From Vibrio sp. (GTDB lineage: Bacteria; Pseudomonadota; Gammaproteobacteria; Enterobacterales; Vibrionaceae): a stretch of 64,000 bases of DNA. The stretch covers positions 6,661 to 70,660 of the forward strand of contig JAOICL010000001.1 of NCBI GenBank assembly GCA_028131545.1, written 5' to 3'. A program made the position numbers and the translations under genes. A model generated the notes under the pieces. That model was not told the DNA's origin. It searched no databases and worked only from the letters and a program-made list of their open reading frames with translations. Below, piece by piece: positions 39,491 to 51,872 of this stretch; positions within the stretch are counted from its first letter, which is position 1, and the number at the start of each line of letters is the position of its first letter.

Positions 39491-41076
39491 TAAGGACATT
39501 CATCTAATTTCGTTTTTGATAAAAGTGATAGCAATACACAGACCACAACAAAAGCACCTGAGGCAGCCGCAAGACTCATTACAGTAGATTGAGTAAAGCC
39601 TAGTGCTATGAACCCAACAGAAGCAATGATGGCAACACTCAGCGCATAAGGTAACTGTGTAATCACATGATCCATATGAGCACAGCGAGCACCGGTAGAA
39701 GAAAGTATCGTTGTATCTGAGATTGGTGAACAATGATCACCGAATACAGCACCAGCCAATACAGCACTTAGCATCGGTAGCATTAACATGACATCTGTAG
39801 CCCCAGCTAAATCACCGGCTATCGGTAACATAATACCGAACGTACCCCATGATGTACCCGTCGAGAATGCCATAACGCCTGACAACAAGAAAAGAAGAAC
39901 TGGTAACCATTGTGGACCGATACTGCCTTCTAGTTGGCTTGATAAATAAGCGCCTGTTTTCATGTCTCCAATGACAGATCCAATCGTCCAAGCGAATAAT
40001 AAAATTAACATAGCACCAAACATCGATTTAGCACCCATCCATAATGTAGAGCCAATTGTCGTCGCTTTAATTGGTTGTCTCAGTACCGTCCATAAAGCAA
40101 CAGCTAAACCGGCTAATCCACCGTAATTTAAGGATAAGCCTACATCGGTATTTTCAAATGCACCTAAGATATTAAACGCTTTACCATCCGCACTTAATGC
40201 TTGTCCACCGGTATATAACATCGATGCCACAGTTGCGAATATCAGGACTAAAATTGGTAGAACAAGATCAGATACTCTTCCGTGCTCACTCTCTACGATA
40301 TCAAGCTCTTCTGTCGATTCCTCTGCTGACTTCTGATCATTATCATTATAACCACAGCCACGAGATGCTTTTATTTCATGCTTTCGCATTGCACCAATAT
40401 CAAGTTGGAACCATGCCACAGCAAACACCATTAATAATGCAAACAAAGCATAGAAGTTCATTGGTATCATTTGAACAAAAGCACTGAACGCAGAATACTC
40501 GGTGACTTCGTGCGTGACTAAAATTCCACCAACGACCGTAATAATATACGCACCCCAACTTGATGCTGGCATTAATACGCACATTGGTGCTGCGGTACTA
40601 TCTAATAGGTAAGCTAATTTAGCGCGTGATACATAATAGCGATCCGTCACAGGGCGAGAAATAGAGCCAACCGCTAAGCTATTAAAGTAATCATCAATAA
40701 AAATGAATACACCTAGAAAGGCTGTTAATAGTTGAGAGCCACGTTTACTTTTAATTCTCTTTTGAGCCCAATCAGCAAATGCTTTCGCACCACCTGATAA
40801 CGTAAGTAAGGCTGTTGTCATTCCCAAGATAAGTAGAAAGCTAAGAATACTCATGTTCCATGAGTTAATCTCACCTTCATCCCAAAAAACAGATGACACT
40901 GTTTGAACGAGATAATTGCTCGTCCCTGTTGTTGAATAGTTACCCAATAATAAAGCGCCTAGGAGAATACCTACACCAAGGGAGATAAGAACACGCTTGG
41001 TCACGACGGACAATACCAACGCAACAATAGGAGGTAAAAGCGATATAGGGGATGTTGAAAAGTCAGCTAAATTCAT
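39490..41076 (-). CDS. NhaC-family transporter, probable lysine importer (LysW-like)
   Basis: FIDDYFNSL, DSTAAP, TGTSWGTFGI and GDHCSPISDTTI motifs; lysine riboswitch upstream. Confidence 0.9.
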   Translation of the reverse strand: MNLADFSTSPISLLPPIVALVLSVVTKRVLISLGVGILLGALLLGNYSTTGTSNYLVQTVSSVFWDEGEINSWNMSILSFLLILGMTTALLTLSGGAKAFADWAQKRIKSKRGSQLLTAFLGVFIFIDDYFNSLAVGSISRPVTDRYYVSRAKLAYLLDSTAAPMCVLMPASSWGAYIITVVGGILVTHEVTEYSAFSAFVQMIPMNFYALFALLMVFAVAWFQLDIGAMRKHEIKASRGCGYNDNDQKSAEESTEELDIVESEHGRVSDLVLPILVLIFATVASMLYTGGQALSADGKAFNILGAFENTDVGLSLNYGGLAGLAVALWTVLRQPIKATTIGSTLWMGAKSMFGAMLILLFAWTIGSVIGDMKTGAYLSSQLEGSIGPQWLPVLLFLLSGVMAFSTGTSWGTFGIMLPIAGDLAGATDVMLMLPMLSAVLAGAVFGDHCSPISDTTILSSTGARCAHMDHVITQLPYALSVAIIASVGFIALGFTQSTVMSLAAASGAFVVVCVLLSLLSKTKLDECP

Positions 41077-41210
41077 GATCTTCTAAAACCAATTAAAATA
41101 ATTCTGTAGTTTTTGTATCAACTACGCCATGTTGGTCAGAGATCTACTGTGCAAACCCAGCAAGTCATCCATCTAGAAGGTTTAAAATAGATTGTCCTTA
41201 TCTATTCTTA

Positions 41211-41405
41211 CAGTAGCGCTCCATAGGTTTACTCTACTTTTGTTATTGTACGAAAAGTATAGACTACGGCAGTGTTAACCCTATTCAAGTTAACCCCAGT
41301 ACTTAAGTCTGATAAACTCAAACACTTCGGCAAGACACCCTTTTGGTATTGTTCTTTGGCATCACCCCAACAATACCGACTCTTGAGTCTCGCGCCTCTA
41401 CACTA
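41211..41405 (-). ncRNA. lysine riboswitch (L-box)
   Basis: Minus strand GTAGAGGCGCG...GATG...AAAGGG...GCCGAA...CTGG...GAATA...CTGCCGTAG...CTATGGAGCGCTAC; P1 closure and core motifs present. Confidence 0.92.
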
Positions 41406-41470
41406 TTTTGCTCAAATAAAACACGCAAGATAAGACATCATCAGCGATAATGCACAAAATAGGGTGGGAG

Positions 41471-41498
41471 ATTATATAGAATATTACTTGATACGCAA
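41471..41498 (-). promoter_or_regulatory. sigma70 promoter for the riboswitch-transporter unit
   Basis: TTGCGT-N16-TATAAT. Confidence 0.5.
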
Positions 41499-41913
41499 GT
41501 TTTATAAGACCTAGATTTGTTAGAAGAATGACAAATCGCACCTATATTTTTATACTCATTAATACCCGGTTATTGATTCAGAATTATTCTCTATTTCCAA
41601 CCTATTTTAAGTAATCTAGCCACTTTATCACTCAGCATTGAACCTACACATCTTTAATGTAGAGAACGTAACAATGAATATTCATTGATAGTATTAATAC
41701 TGAAGTCGATAAAATATTGGATTAATTTTAATCAAAGTCTAGAATCACCTTATCGGTAACATAATAACCCTGTTTTAAATGAATAAACTCGTTATAGAGT
41801 TAAATAGACATATATTATATAAATAGCCATTAAAATATTTTTATTATTATATTGAGTTATTTATTAATTTATTGTTTAATTAAACTAAGTTTGACACTAC
41901 TAATGGTATATCT

Positions 41914-42324
41914 ATGTCTGAAATAACAAAAACTCTCCTTAATCTTCGTAGTCTACGTGCCTTTTCACGCGACTTAACTTTAGAGCAACTTGAAGAAGCA
42001 TTAGAAAAACTCACTACTGTTGTCGAAGAAAGACAATCTGCTGAAGAAGAAGCAAACGCAGCTAGAGCAGAAGAAGAAGCTCGCGTGGCTGAAATCGCTA
42101 ATCAAATTACTAGCCAAGGTATTGATGTAGAAACATTAATGTCAATGCTAGGTGCAGAAACGAAAACGAGCAAACCAAAAGCTAAACGCGCACCTCGTCC
42201 AGCTAAATACAAATACACTGATGACAATGGCTTGGAAAAAACATGGACAGGTCAAGGCCGTACACCGTTACCGCTTCAACGTCACATTGATAATGGCGGC
42301 TCTCTAGACGATTTTTCTATCTAA
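41914..42324 (+). CDS. hns: histone-like nucleoid-structuring protein H-NS
   Basis: LLNLRSLRA, KRAPRPAKYKY, TWTGQGRTP and LDDF motifs. Confidence 0.95.
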   Translation: MSEITKTLLNLRSLRAFSRDLTLEQLEEALEKLTTVVEERQSAEEEANAARAEEEARVAEIANQITSQGIDVETLMSMLGAETKTSKPKAKRAPRPAKYKYTDDNGLEKTWTGQGRTPLPLQRHIDNGGSLDDFSI

Positions 42325-42336
42325 ATATAATTCTAG

Positions 42337-42377
42337 TTAATAAAAAAAGAGGCTTTAAAAGCCTCTTTTTTTATTAA
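42337..42377. terminator. bidirectional terminator between hns and gsk
   Basis: TTAATAAAAAAAGAGGCTTT-a-AAAGCCTCTTTTTTTATTAA. Confidence 0.8.
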
Positions 42378-43678
42378 CGTTCCCAATAAGCTTCTTCTAA
42401 GCTATCTTCTCTTTCTGGTAAGCCTCGTGATAATCGAGGAGAATGTTGAATTAAGACTTCATAACTCGCACGATTAGAGTACTTACATACTTGTGATAAC
42501 GATGAATACGTTAAGTATTCATATTTATGTTTGCTCGAATTTGGAACATTCGACTTATGGTATGCATTAGCTGCCATGTCATGTAGCAATGCAGATAATG
42601 CAGCATCACCTGCCCCATTCGTATTTTTAATCTGTTCTGGTCCGCCCATATAGGGTGCGATATGTGAGTAAACTTTTAATGGGTTATCACAATCTGCTTT
42701 TAAGGCAGCACGACTGAATTCATACTCATTGAATTCCGGTATAGCACCAGGTAATAAAGGCAAAGACGTGGTGCGTTTCGCTGATTCTTCGGTGTAGCCG
42801 GCCATATAGAGTCCAGCAGGCCCCGCAGTACATAAAACTAAATCAGCCCAGTCCAATACTTTATCCGCAGCAAGCAGTGGATCGGATTCACCCGTAAGCG
42901 CCTCACCTTCATCTTCATTCATCGCAACCACATTGACATGCTCTTGTATAAAGTCTTGCCAAAATTCTGGTTGATCGCAGATAACAAACTTAGTACCTAG
43001 AGTTAAAACAACAGGAATATCATGTTGCTTCGCGTACTTAATTGCTGTCATCGCTGCCTCAAACATAGGATCGCTTCCTTTCCCACGAATAAGGTAAGCA
43101 CTAAGGACCAATGCTGATGCATTTTGGAAAATGGCTTCAGGGATGCTTTCAGGATGTAATTGGTTCATTTTACCTTCACTGATCGCAAAGGTTCTTTCCC
43201 CATCTTCAGTGATCAATGTAAAGCAACGCCCTATTGGACCATCTACACCTTGTAGGTAGTTTAAATCCATACGACTTGATGTTTTACATAGATATTGATA
43301 ACCATAATCACCAATATTGATGACTGAGCTCATCACACCCAATAAAATAGATTTATCATCAGATAAAACGGAATAGTTATGTAGTGAATTCCCGATTGTA
43401 CCGCCAGCATACTCGTTAGAAACAAGGTTATTCTCTTTAATATAGCTATATAGAGCTTCGGCCGTTTCATCATCAACCACTAATGAATGCCCTTTGCTTA
43501 AGCCGTATTTAAGAATAACATCAGAGGTCACTTTTGCCTCAATATCCACTAACGTCTGATCAATACCAATAACATGTGTTCTTTGGACTATCTTCTCGCT
43601 ACCTATTGCATTAACGAGCGGGTCTCTCACATCAACAGGGAAATAGTGCTTGGATTTACGCTGACCTGGAAACTTCAT
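42374..43678 (-). CDS. gsk: inosine/guanosine kinase
   Basis: MKFPGQRKSKHYFP, NTNGAGD and EEAYWER motifs. Confidence 0.95.
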   Translation of the reverse strand: MKFPGQRKSKHYFPVDVRDPLVNAIGSEKIVQRTHVIGIDQTLVDIEAKVTSDVILKYGLSKGHSLVVDDETAEALYSYIKENNLVSNEYAGGTIGNSLHNYSVLSDDKSILLGVMSSVINIGDYGYQYLCKTSSRMDLNYLQGVDGPIGRCFTLITEDGERTFAISEGKMNQLHPESIPEAIFQNASALVLSAYLIRGKGSDPMFEAAMTAIKYAKQHDIPVVLTLGTKFVICDQPEFWQDFIQEHVNVVAMNEDEGEALTGESDPLLAADKVLDWADLVLCTAGPAGLYMAGYTEESAKRTTSLPLLPGAIPEFNEYEFSRAALKADCDNPLKVYSHIAPYMGGPEQIKNTNGAGDAALSALLHDMAANAYHKSNVPNSSKHKYEYLTYSSLSQVCKYSNRASYEVLIQHSPRLSRGLPEREDSLEEAYWER

Positions 43679-43834
43679 ATTCTCTTTTCATTATGATTAC
43701 AAGATTGTGAAAGTATATACTTAAATTGCTTCAAGTTGAATGTTATAACGTCACACTGACCATTTTAGGGGTGTTTCTATCATATCATTTCTGATAAAAT
43801 CTCCGCCGACGAATTAAATGAAGGTATTGAGTCA

Positions 43835-44944
43835 ATGTCAGAAAGCACACCTAAAAAAGTGATTGTCGGTATGTCAGGTGGAGTCGATTCATCGGTATCA
43901 GCGTATTTACTTCAACAACAAGGCTATCATGTTGAAGGACTTTTCATGAAAAACTGGGAAGAAGACGACAATGAGGAATATTGTACAGCAGCAGAAGATC
44001 TGGCTGATGCACAAGCGGTGTGTGACAAACTGGGTATCCATTTACATACAATCAATTTTGCGGCTGAATATTGGGACAACGTCTTCGAATATTTCCTAGA
44101 AGAATACAAAGCTGGACGTACCCCAAACCCTGATATTCTGTGCAATAAAGAAATTAAATTTAAAGCCTTTTTAGAATTTGCTGATGAAGTACTTGAAGCT
44201 GACTATATCGCTATGGGTCACTATGTACGTCGCTCCTTTCCTAACAATGGCGAAAAGCCACAAATGTTACGTGGTCAAGACAGTAATAAAGATCAAAGTT
44301 ACTTTTTATATACACTGAGCCATGAACAAATTGCTCGTAGCCTATTCCCTGTCGGTGAATTAGAGAAACCAGAAGTTCGTAAAATTGCTGAAGAGCAAGA
44401 TTTAATTACGGCTAAAAAGAAAGACTCGACCGGGATTTGTTTTATTGGCGAACGTAAGTTTACCGATTTCTTATCTCGCTACTTACCTGCCCAACCTGGT
44501 AACATTGAAACACCTGAAGGCGATATAATTGGTCAACACCAGGGTTTAATGTACCATACTCTTGGTCAACGTAAGGGCTTGCATATTGGTGGTACCAAAG
44601 GTGGTGGTGGCAATGAAGAGCCATGGTATGTTGCCGATAAAGACCTTAAACGAAACGTGTTAATTGCAGTGCAAGGGGCGGATCACCCACTACTAAAATC
44701 TGAAGGTTTAATCGCTTCTCAGTTACATTGGGTTGAACGTACTCCAATAAAAGCACCTCTTCAGTGTACTGTTAAGACACGCTATCGCCAAACGGATATC
44801 GCCTGTACGATTATCCCTATTGATGATGACAATATTAAAGTGGTTTTTGATGAGCCTCAAGTTGCTGTCACTCCAGGCCAGTCCGCGGTATTCTACCAAG
44901 GTGATATCTGCCTTGGTGGTGGTATTATCGAAAAGCGTCTGTAA
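43835..44944 (+). CDS. mnmA: tRNA 2-thiouridylase MnmA
   Basis: [32 protein letters not shown] and TPGQ motifs. Confidence 0.97.
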   Translation: MSESTPKKVIVGMSGGVDSSVSAYLLQQQGYHVEGLFMKNWEEDDNEEYCTAAEDLADAQAVCDKLGIHLHTINFAAEYWDNVFEYFLEEYKAGRTPNPDILCNKEIKFKAFLEFADEVLEADYIAMGHYVRRSFPNNGEKPQMLRGQDSNKDQSYFLYTLSHEQIARSLFPVGELEKPEVRKIAEEQDLITAKKKDSTGICFIGERKFTDFLSRYLPAQPGNIETPEGDIIGQHQGLMYHTLGQRKGLHIGGTKGGGGNEEPWYVADKDLKRNVLIAVQGADHPLLKSEGLIASQLHWVERTPIKAPLQCTVKTRYRQTDIACTIIPIDDDNIKVVFDEPQVAVTPGQSAVFYQGDICLGGGIIEKRL

Positions 44945-44966
44945 TTAATTTGTAGGAGTAGATTTC

Positions 44967-45584
44967 GTGTCTAACGATCTATACAACAGAACCATTGCCT
45001 TTGCAGGCATGTGCCAAGCAGCAGCGTTAGTCCAAGAGCTAGCCAAAAGTGGCCATTATGATACAAATGCATTTGGAACATCCTTAAATGCTATTGTCAA
45101 AACAAACCCTTCTTCTACTTTAGATGTGTTTGGAGATGAAGTTGATTTAAAGATTGGCCTAGACACGTTAGCGAATAAACTCGATAGTTCACCTAATGGC
45201 AGTGAATTAACCCGATACCTCATTGGTATTATTGCGTTAGCAACAAAACTGACTCAACGTAAAGATTCCCTTTCTCAACTTGGGGATCGTATACAGATGA
45301 TAGAGAGACAGTTAGACCATTATGATATTAATGATGAGAGCATGCTGTCCAATATTGCGAGCATCTATTTAGATGTGATTAGCCCTATTGGGCCTCGTAT
45401 ACAAATATCTGGTACACCAGCGGTACTTCAGCTTCCAATCAATCAACATAAAGTCCGTATATTGCTGCTATCGGCTATCCGATGTGCTGTTTTATGGAGA
45501 CAAGTTGGAGGCCGACGTACTCATCTCATTTTCAGTCGTAAAAAGATGATTGAGCAAGCCAAAATCATCTTAGCGAGAAACTAA
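44967..45584 (+). CDS. hflD: high-frequency lysogenization protein HflD
   Basis: [20 protein letters not shown] and WRQVGG motifs; mnmA-hflD-purB synteny. Confidence 0.92.
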   Translation: MSNDLYNRTIAFAGMCQAAALVQELAKSGHYDTNAFGTSLNAIVKTNPSSTLDVFGDEVDLKIGLDTLANKLDSSPNGSELTRYLIGIIALATKLTQRKDSLSQLGDRIQMIERQLDHYDINDESMLSNIASIYLDVISPIGPRIQISGTPAVLQLPINQHKVRILLLSAIRCAVLWRQVGGRRTHLIFSRKKMIEQAKIILARN

Positions 45585-45665
45585 ACCCCCATTAACCGCA
45601 TTCTGTGTTCGCCACAATGCGGTTTTTGTTTTTTGACTCTACTCTTCTTAAATTAGGAGCTTTAA

Positions 45666-47036
<1,371 letters not shown>

Positions 47037-47169
47037 GAACACTTCTTCTTATCTAGCGAAGCGTTAATACAGAACAGGTGAGTATAACCGAGCATTACAG
47101 CCCTTTTTATACTCACCTGCTTATTTATCTATTATCTGTCGTCTCTTCTTCTAGCCCTATCGATTAACC

Positions 47170-48414
47170 CTATTTCATTCCTTTTTCAAACGTCATATGC
47201 ACTGTGCTTATCGACTTCGCTAAAAAGCCCCCTTCGCAATAACAAAGATAATAACGCCACATTCTAGCAAAACGTTCATTATATCCCTTAGATTCAAGTG
47301 ATGGGTAAGCACGATTAAAACGGTTACGCCATTCTTTTAAGGTTTTCGCATAACTTTGACCAATATCATGAATGTCTCTGATCACTAAGTCAGAATGATT
47401 CGTTGCAGCATTAGCCACACTGGTAATCGACGGTAAAAACCCACCTGGGAAAATGTATTTCTGGATAAAGTCGACATTATTAGCATAGTAGTCGTAACGT
47501 TGATCATTAATCGTAATCGCTTGAATAGCCGCGATTCCCTGTGGTTTGAGAAGGTGGCTACATTTATCGATATAGGAATTAAGGTATTCCTTACCGACCG
47601 CTTCAATCATCTCAATAGAAACCAATTTATCAAACTGCCCTTCAAGTAATCGATAATCTTTTTTAAGTAAGGTAATTTTCTCGTTCAACCCTTCTCTTTG
47701 AATTAACGCCTCTACATAGGCATGCTGCTCTTCAGAAATTGTTGTCGTTGTGACTCTGCAACCGTACTGTTTCGCCATGTAAACCGCCATGCCTCCCCAA
47801 CCAGTACCAATTTCTATCACATGATCTGAGGGCTGTAATTGCATTTGTTGGCAAAGGCGATACATCTTATTGATCTGTGCTTGTTCAAGAGAATCCGTGT
47901 CAGACAAGTATAAAGCTGAAGAGTACAACATATTAGTATCTAAAAAAGCATCGTATAGATCATTACCAAGATCATAATGAGCTTCGATATTTTTCTTTGA
48001 TGTCGAAAGACTGTTCCTATTAAGGAAATGCATGGCTTTATCTATTAATTTAACGACAATAGAAGATTTTGCATTTATTTGATCAAGAAGATTTAAATTC
48101 AATACCATAATACGAATCAAGGTGGTTAAATCATTACTTTCCCAATCACCATCCATATAAGATTCACCAATAGCAACATCCCCCCCTTTCAGCACCTTCT
48201 CATAAAAACAAGGATCGTGAACAATAACCGTTGCGCTCAACTCACCAGAGCCTTCGATATGTATTTTTGATGAAGTACCATTAAATGATTCAACAATAGA
48301 GATGCAACCTACTTTTACACGATTCATCATTCCTAGAACACACGTTCTCGATAACGTTTGGGATCGCGTCATTTGGACTGGCACATTCATTGTTACTGAA
48401 TTCATCGTTGTCAT
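47170..48414 (-). CDS. cyclopropane-fatty-acyl synthase family SAM methyltransferase (UfaM/CfaS-like)
   Basis: AHYDLGN, YSSA, EIGTGWG, SIEMIEAVG, YIFPGG and WRYYLCYCEGGF motifs; start at ATG 48414 with AAGGA RBS. Confidence 0.9.
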   Translation of the reverse strand: MTTMNSVTMNVPVQMTRSQTLSRTCVLGMMNRVKVGCISIVESFNGTSSKIHIEGSGELSATVIVHDPCFYEKVLKGGDVAIGESYMDGDWESNDLTTLIRIMVLNLNLLDQINAKSSIVVKLIDKAMHFLNRNSLSTSKKNIEAHYDLGNDLYDAFLDTNMLYSSALYLSDTDSLEQAQINKMYRLCQQMQLQPSDHVIEIGTGWGGMAVYMAKQYGCRVTTTTISEEQHAYVEALIQREGLNEKITLLKKDYRLLEGQFDKLVSIEMIEAVGKEYLNSYIDKCSHLLKPQGIAAIQAITINDQRYDYYANNVDFIQKYIFPGGFLPSITSVANAATNHSDLVIRDIHDIGQSYAKTLKEWRNRFNRAYPSLESKGYNERFARMWRYYLCYCEGGFLAKSISTVHMTFEKGMK

Positions 48415-48476
48415 TGTACGTTTCCTTATTAAAAAATGAGAACTCAACGGCTTGATTGAGTTACCCTCATCAGACA

Positions 48477-49268
48477 TTAGCTGTCTTTTTTATCTCTGTA
48501 TTTACTGGGATGTGAATAAAGTGGGACACCTTTGATATAAAGCTTTAATGCTTCCCAATAAATTCCAATGACCACCTTTACGGTTAAAATAGGGGTTAGG
48601 ATCAATCTCCCTAATAACTTTTTTGAACTAAATTCTGTCGCATTCATCGTTAATGTTGCATCAAAGACTTTACTTTGATAATCAACGGTATTTTCTACGA
48701 TTTTAGCTTGATGATGACATTCAAGGTGAACAAATAAACGTTCAAATAACGGTTTTATTTTCCATTGATAACGTTGAGATACCGGGTTGAATGGCGAAAC
48801 ATGAAATGCTTTATCATGAGACCAATTTGTTTCTTTTTCTCCCGACTCTGCGGGTATCGCATAATAATGACGTTCATTCCAGGGAGTATTACTGACTTCA
48901 GCTAATAAATATCGCCACTGTCCTTGCTCATCATACACGTAAAAAAAGTTGACTGGGCTAAAGTAAATGCCTAAATAACGCAAATGAACCACCGCCATCA
49001 CCTTACCTTGAACACTCTCTCCTGTGAGTTCATGAATCTTATGGTGAACCGCCGTTTTCAAATCACACCCTACTTCAGAGGATAAGTAATCCTCTCGACG
49101 AAACCGAGCCCAATGAAACCACGATTGACCAAACCCAATCACTTTTTGTTCTAATTGACTGATTTCATCAAGATCGATGCACGCCATAAAAAGCGAGTAA
49201 TTCAAGTTGTGTGTTTTAGGGCTAAATCGTCGATGCCGTACCGAACCAATCATAAGACTGCTATTCAT
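48477..49268 (-). CDS. DUF1365 protein (UfaO-like)
   Basis: HRRFSP, FSPVNFFY, EVSNTPWNERH, KAFHVSPF and IYWEALKL motifs. Confidence 0.9.
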   Translation of the reverse strand: MNSSLMIGSVRHRRFSPKTHNLNYSLFMACIDLDEISQLEQKVIGFGQSWFHWARFRREDYLSSEVGCDLKTAVHHKIHELTGESVQGKVMAVVHLRYLGIYFSPVNFFYVYDEQGQWRYLLAEVSNTPWNERHYYAIPAESGEKETNWSHDKAFHVSPFNPVSQRYQWKIKPLFERLFVHLECHHQAKIVENTVDYQSKVFDATLTMNATEFSSKKLLGRLILTPILTVKVVIGIYWEALKLYIKGVPLYSHPSKYRDKKDS

Positions 49269-49377
49269 CTGTTCTCCCTAACGCTCATTATTTAAAGTTG
49301 AGTTACCGTTATTTCACTAATGTATCTCATTGTTCATATATCTAACTAATAGTGAGTTTAACTAATAATGCCGTTAA

Positions 49378-50667
49378 TTAAGATGCCATCGTATCCGCGT
49401 TGACTTCTAAATTATTCGCCTTTAATCCTTTGACCACATCCAATGCACTCACTACACCATCTTCATGAAACCCATTACGCCAATAGGCACCACAGAACCA
49501 TGTACGATTAAGACCATTAATTAATGATTTGTGTTGTTGCGCTTGAATACTTTCAGAATTAAATACAGGGTGTGAATATTGAAACGTTCGCAATACCTTA
49601 TTAGGGTCAATATATTCACGACTATTTAAAGACACACAGAAAGTATGGTCTGATTGGATATGCTGTAAAATATTCATATCGTATGTCAGTATTGGTGGTG
49701 ATTCATGCTCACCGGCTCCACCCATTATTTTATAATTCCATGCCGCCCATGCTTTTTGTCTTTTAGGCAACATCGATGTGTCTAAGTGTAAGGTCACTTC
49801 GTTCGATTGATAAGCCATTTTAGATAACAAACACACTTCCTCAGCCGTTGGTTCTTTAAGCAACGACAGTGCTTGATCACTGTGACACGCAAAAACAACG
49901 TGATCAAATCGTTGTGATTCTCCGTTAACGGTAATTAACACATGATCATCAAACCGCTCAACGGTTTCAACTGGGCTATTAAGGCGAATTCTATCTGAGA
50001 AGTGTTGGGTAATTTTAGGTATATAAGAACGAGAACCACCAGGGATTACATACCATTGTGGACGATTTTTAATATCAAGTAAGCCATGATTTAAAAAGAA
50101 TTGTAGGAAGAATCGCAATGGGAAAGCACGCATATCAGCCAATGTAGACGACCAAATAGCCGCGCCCATCGGAAGAATATAATTATCAGAAAAATAGTCA
50201 CTGAAAGAATGCTGAACTAAAAAATCACCTAGGGTTTGAGAATCAATAGAGCTATCTTGGCTATTCGCATTGTTTTTAGCTAATTTATTAAACTTCAATA
50301 TTTCAAAAATAAAAGAGTAAAACCTAGGATTCAACCAATTCCTTTTTTGTGCAAATAGAGTCTGTAAATTGTGACCATTATATTCCAAACCGTTCGTTTG
50401 ATTTGCCACACTGAAACTCATTTCTGTCGGTGTTCCTTGTATCCCAACTGAGTCCAACATTTTTATGAAATTGGGGTAGGTTCGATCATTATAAACAATA
50501 AAGCCCGTATCAACAGAATAGCTTTTTCCTTTAACGTCCACATCAACCGTCGCGGTATGACCACCGATATAATCATTCGCTTCAAAGACCGTGATCGTAT
50601 GCTCTTTGCATAAATGATAGCCGCAGGTCAATCCAGATATACCCGATCCAATAATTGCTATGTTCAT
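49378..50667 (-). CDS. FAD-dependent oxidoreductase / amine oxidase family (UfaD-like)
   Basis: IIGSGISGL, GGHT, DTGFIVYN..TYPN, WAAWNY and GFHEDG motifs. Confidence 0.9.
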   Translation of the reverse strand: MNIAIIGSGISGLTCGYHLCKEHTITVFEANDYIGGHTATVDVDVKGKSYSVDTGFIVYNDRTYPNFIKMLDSVGIQGTPTEMSFSVANQTNGLEYNGHNLQTLFAQKRNWLNPRFYSFIFEILKFNKLAKNNANSQDSSIDSQTLGDFLVQHSFSDYFSDNYILPMGAAIWSSTLADMRAFPLRFFLQFFLNHGLLDIKNRPQWYVIPGGSRSYIPKITQHFSDRIRLNSPVETVERFDDHVLITVNGESQRFDHVVFACHSDQALSLLKEPTAEEVCLLSKMAYQSNEVTLHLDTSMLPKRQKAWAAWNYKIMGGAGEHESPPILTYDMNILQHIQSDHTFCVSLNSREYIDPNKVLRTFQYSHPVFNSESIQAQQHKSLINGLNRTWFCGAYWRNGFHEDGVVSALDVVKGLKANNLEVNADTMAS

Positions 50668-50686
50668 TCTTAATCCTTAAGGGCTT

Positions 50687-51415
50687 TTATTTAATAAGAC
50701 GTGAGAAAATATGTGTTTGAAATGAGTAAGGTAAACAACCCAAAATGCGTAATAACCAAGTAAATCGTTTCGGTAAATAAATATAGGGTTGACGTTTTTT
50801 TACCCCAGCGCGAATGGCTACCGATGCCTTTTCAGGACTAATAATAAATGGCATTGGAAATGTATTTTTATCGGTCAATGGTGTTTTAACAAAACCAGGG
50901 AATATAATGGAGACATGAATATGATGCTCTTTGAGTGTCATTTGTAAGGTACGAGCTAAATAACTGATTGCAGCCTTAGTGGCACCATACAGTTCTGCTC
51001 TCGGTAAAGGCACTTCACTAGAAATGGAGCCCATAATGACAATTTGAACATCGGAACTGTTTCTTTTCAGAAGAGTTTCAATACAGTTAATCACTCCAAA
51101 TACGTTGACATCAAAGAGTTGCTTAGCCTTAGCGACGCTAATATTCCCTTTTTCAACATAATCACAATACCCTGCATTCAATATCCAAATAGAGGGGACA
51201 GAGTCGAGCGAGTCGATCACTTTATCCAATGAATTCTCAACCGTCACATCCACTTCGTAGCCCTGAATATTCTGATGCGACTGTTCCATCTCAAGCAGGA
51301 CGTGTTGATTTCGGCCACACGCAATAACTTGATGATCATCGTCTGCATAATCAAGAGCCAATTGATAACCAATCCCGGAGGTTGCCCCCGTAATTAATAC
51401 TCGTGGTTGAGTCAT
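50687..51415 (-). CDS. short-chain dehydrogenase/reductase
   Basis: ITGATSGIG, NAG, YGATK and PGFVKT motifs. Confidence 0.9.
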   Translation of the reverse strand: MTQPRVLITGATSGIGYQLALDYADDDHQVIACGRNQHVLLEMEQSHQNIQGYEVDVTVENSLDKVIDSLDSVPSIWILNAGYCDYVEKGNISVAKAKQLFDVNVFGVINCIETLLKRNSSDVQIVIMGSISSEVPLPRAELYGATKAAISYLARTLQMTLKEHHIHVSIIFPGFVKTPLTDKNTFPMPFIISPEKASVAIRAGVKKRQPYIYLPKRFTWLLRILGCLPYSFQTHIFSRLIK

Positions 51416-51416
51416 A

Positions 51417-51836
51417 TTATTGACCAAGGCGTTTATTGATGGTTTTAATCACTTTTCCTAATACAGGGATATGCTGATAGATCATCTCTCCCATATCAAA
51501 ATAGTCTCGATGATAGATGACTTTATTGTCTTGGAGTTTTAAGTGGCTTGTTCCGTTCACTTGAACAGCTATCCCTTTATTTAACCTTGGGTGGCTAAAG
51601 TGCATTGTCCAAACAAGAAAACCGTTATTATTTTCTTGTACACGATCATGGATTTCAAAATGGCACTGATCGACATTAGCGTATAAATTATCAAAATAGA
51701 GCCTAAGATTATCCCAACCTTGTATAGAGTGGGCTGCATCTTGGAAATGAACCTGCTCATGATAGATATCAGCTAACAAAAACAAGTTATCTTTACTGAG
51801 TGATTCATAGACATCACTGACTTTTTTTATATCCAT
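51417..51836 (-). CDS. SnoaL/NTF2-like protein (DUF2358-type)
   Basis: IYH..VHFQD, WTMHFSHPRL and HRDYFDMGEMIY motifs. Confidence 0.85.
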   Translation of the reverse strand: MDIKKVSDVYESLSKDNLFLLADIYHEQVHFQDAAHSIQGWDNLRLYFDNLYANVDQCHFEIHDRVQENNNGFLVWTMHFSHPRLNKGIAVQVNGTSHLKLQDNKVIYHRDYFDMGEMIYQHIPVLGKVIKTINKRLGQ

Positions 51837-51872
51837 ATATTTTGCCTACATCATTAATATAATTGAGGCTTC

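Noticed and set aside
44967-45584. hflD as evidence of a prophage
   Set aside because: hflD is a core host gene in the mnmA-hflD-purB operon; no phage genes are in the window
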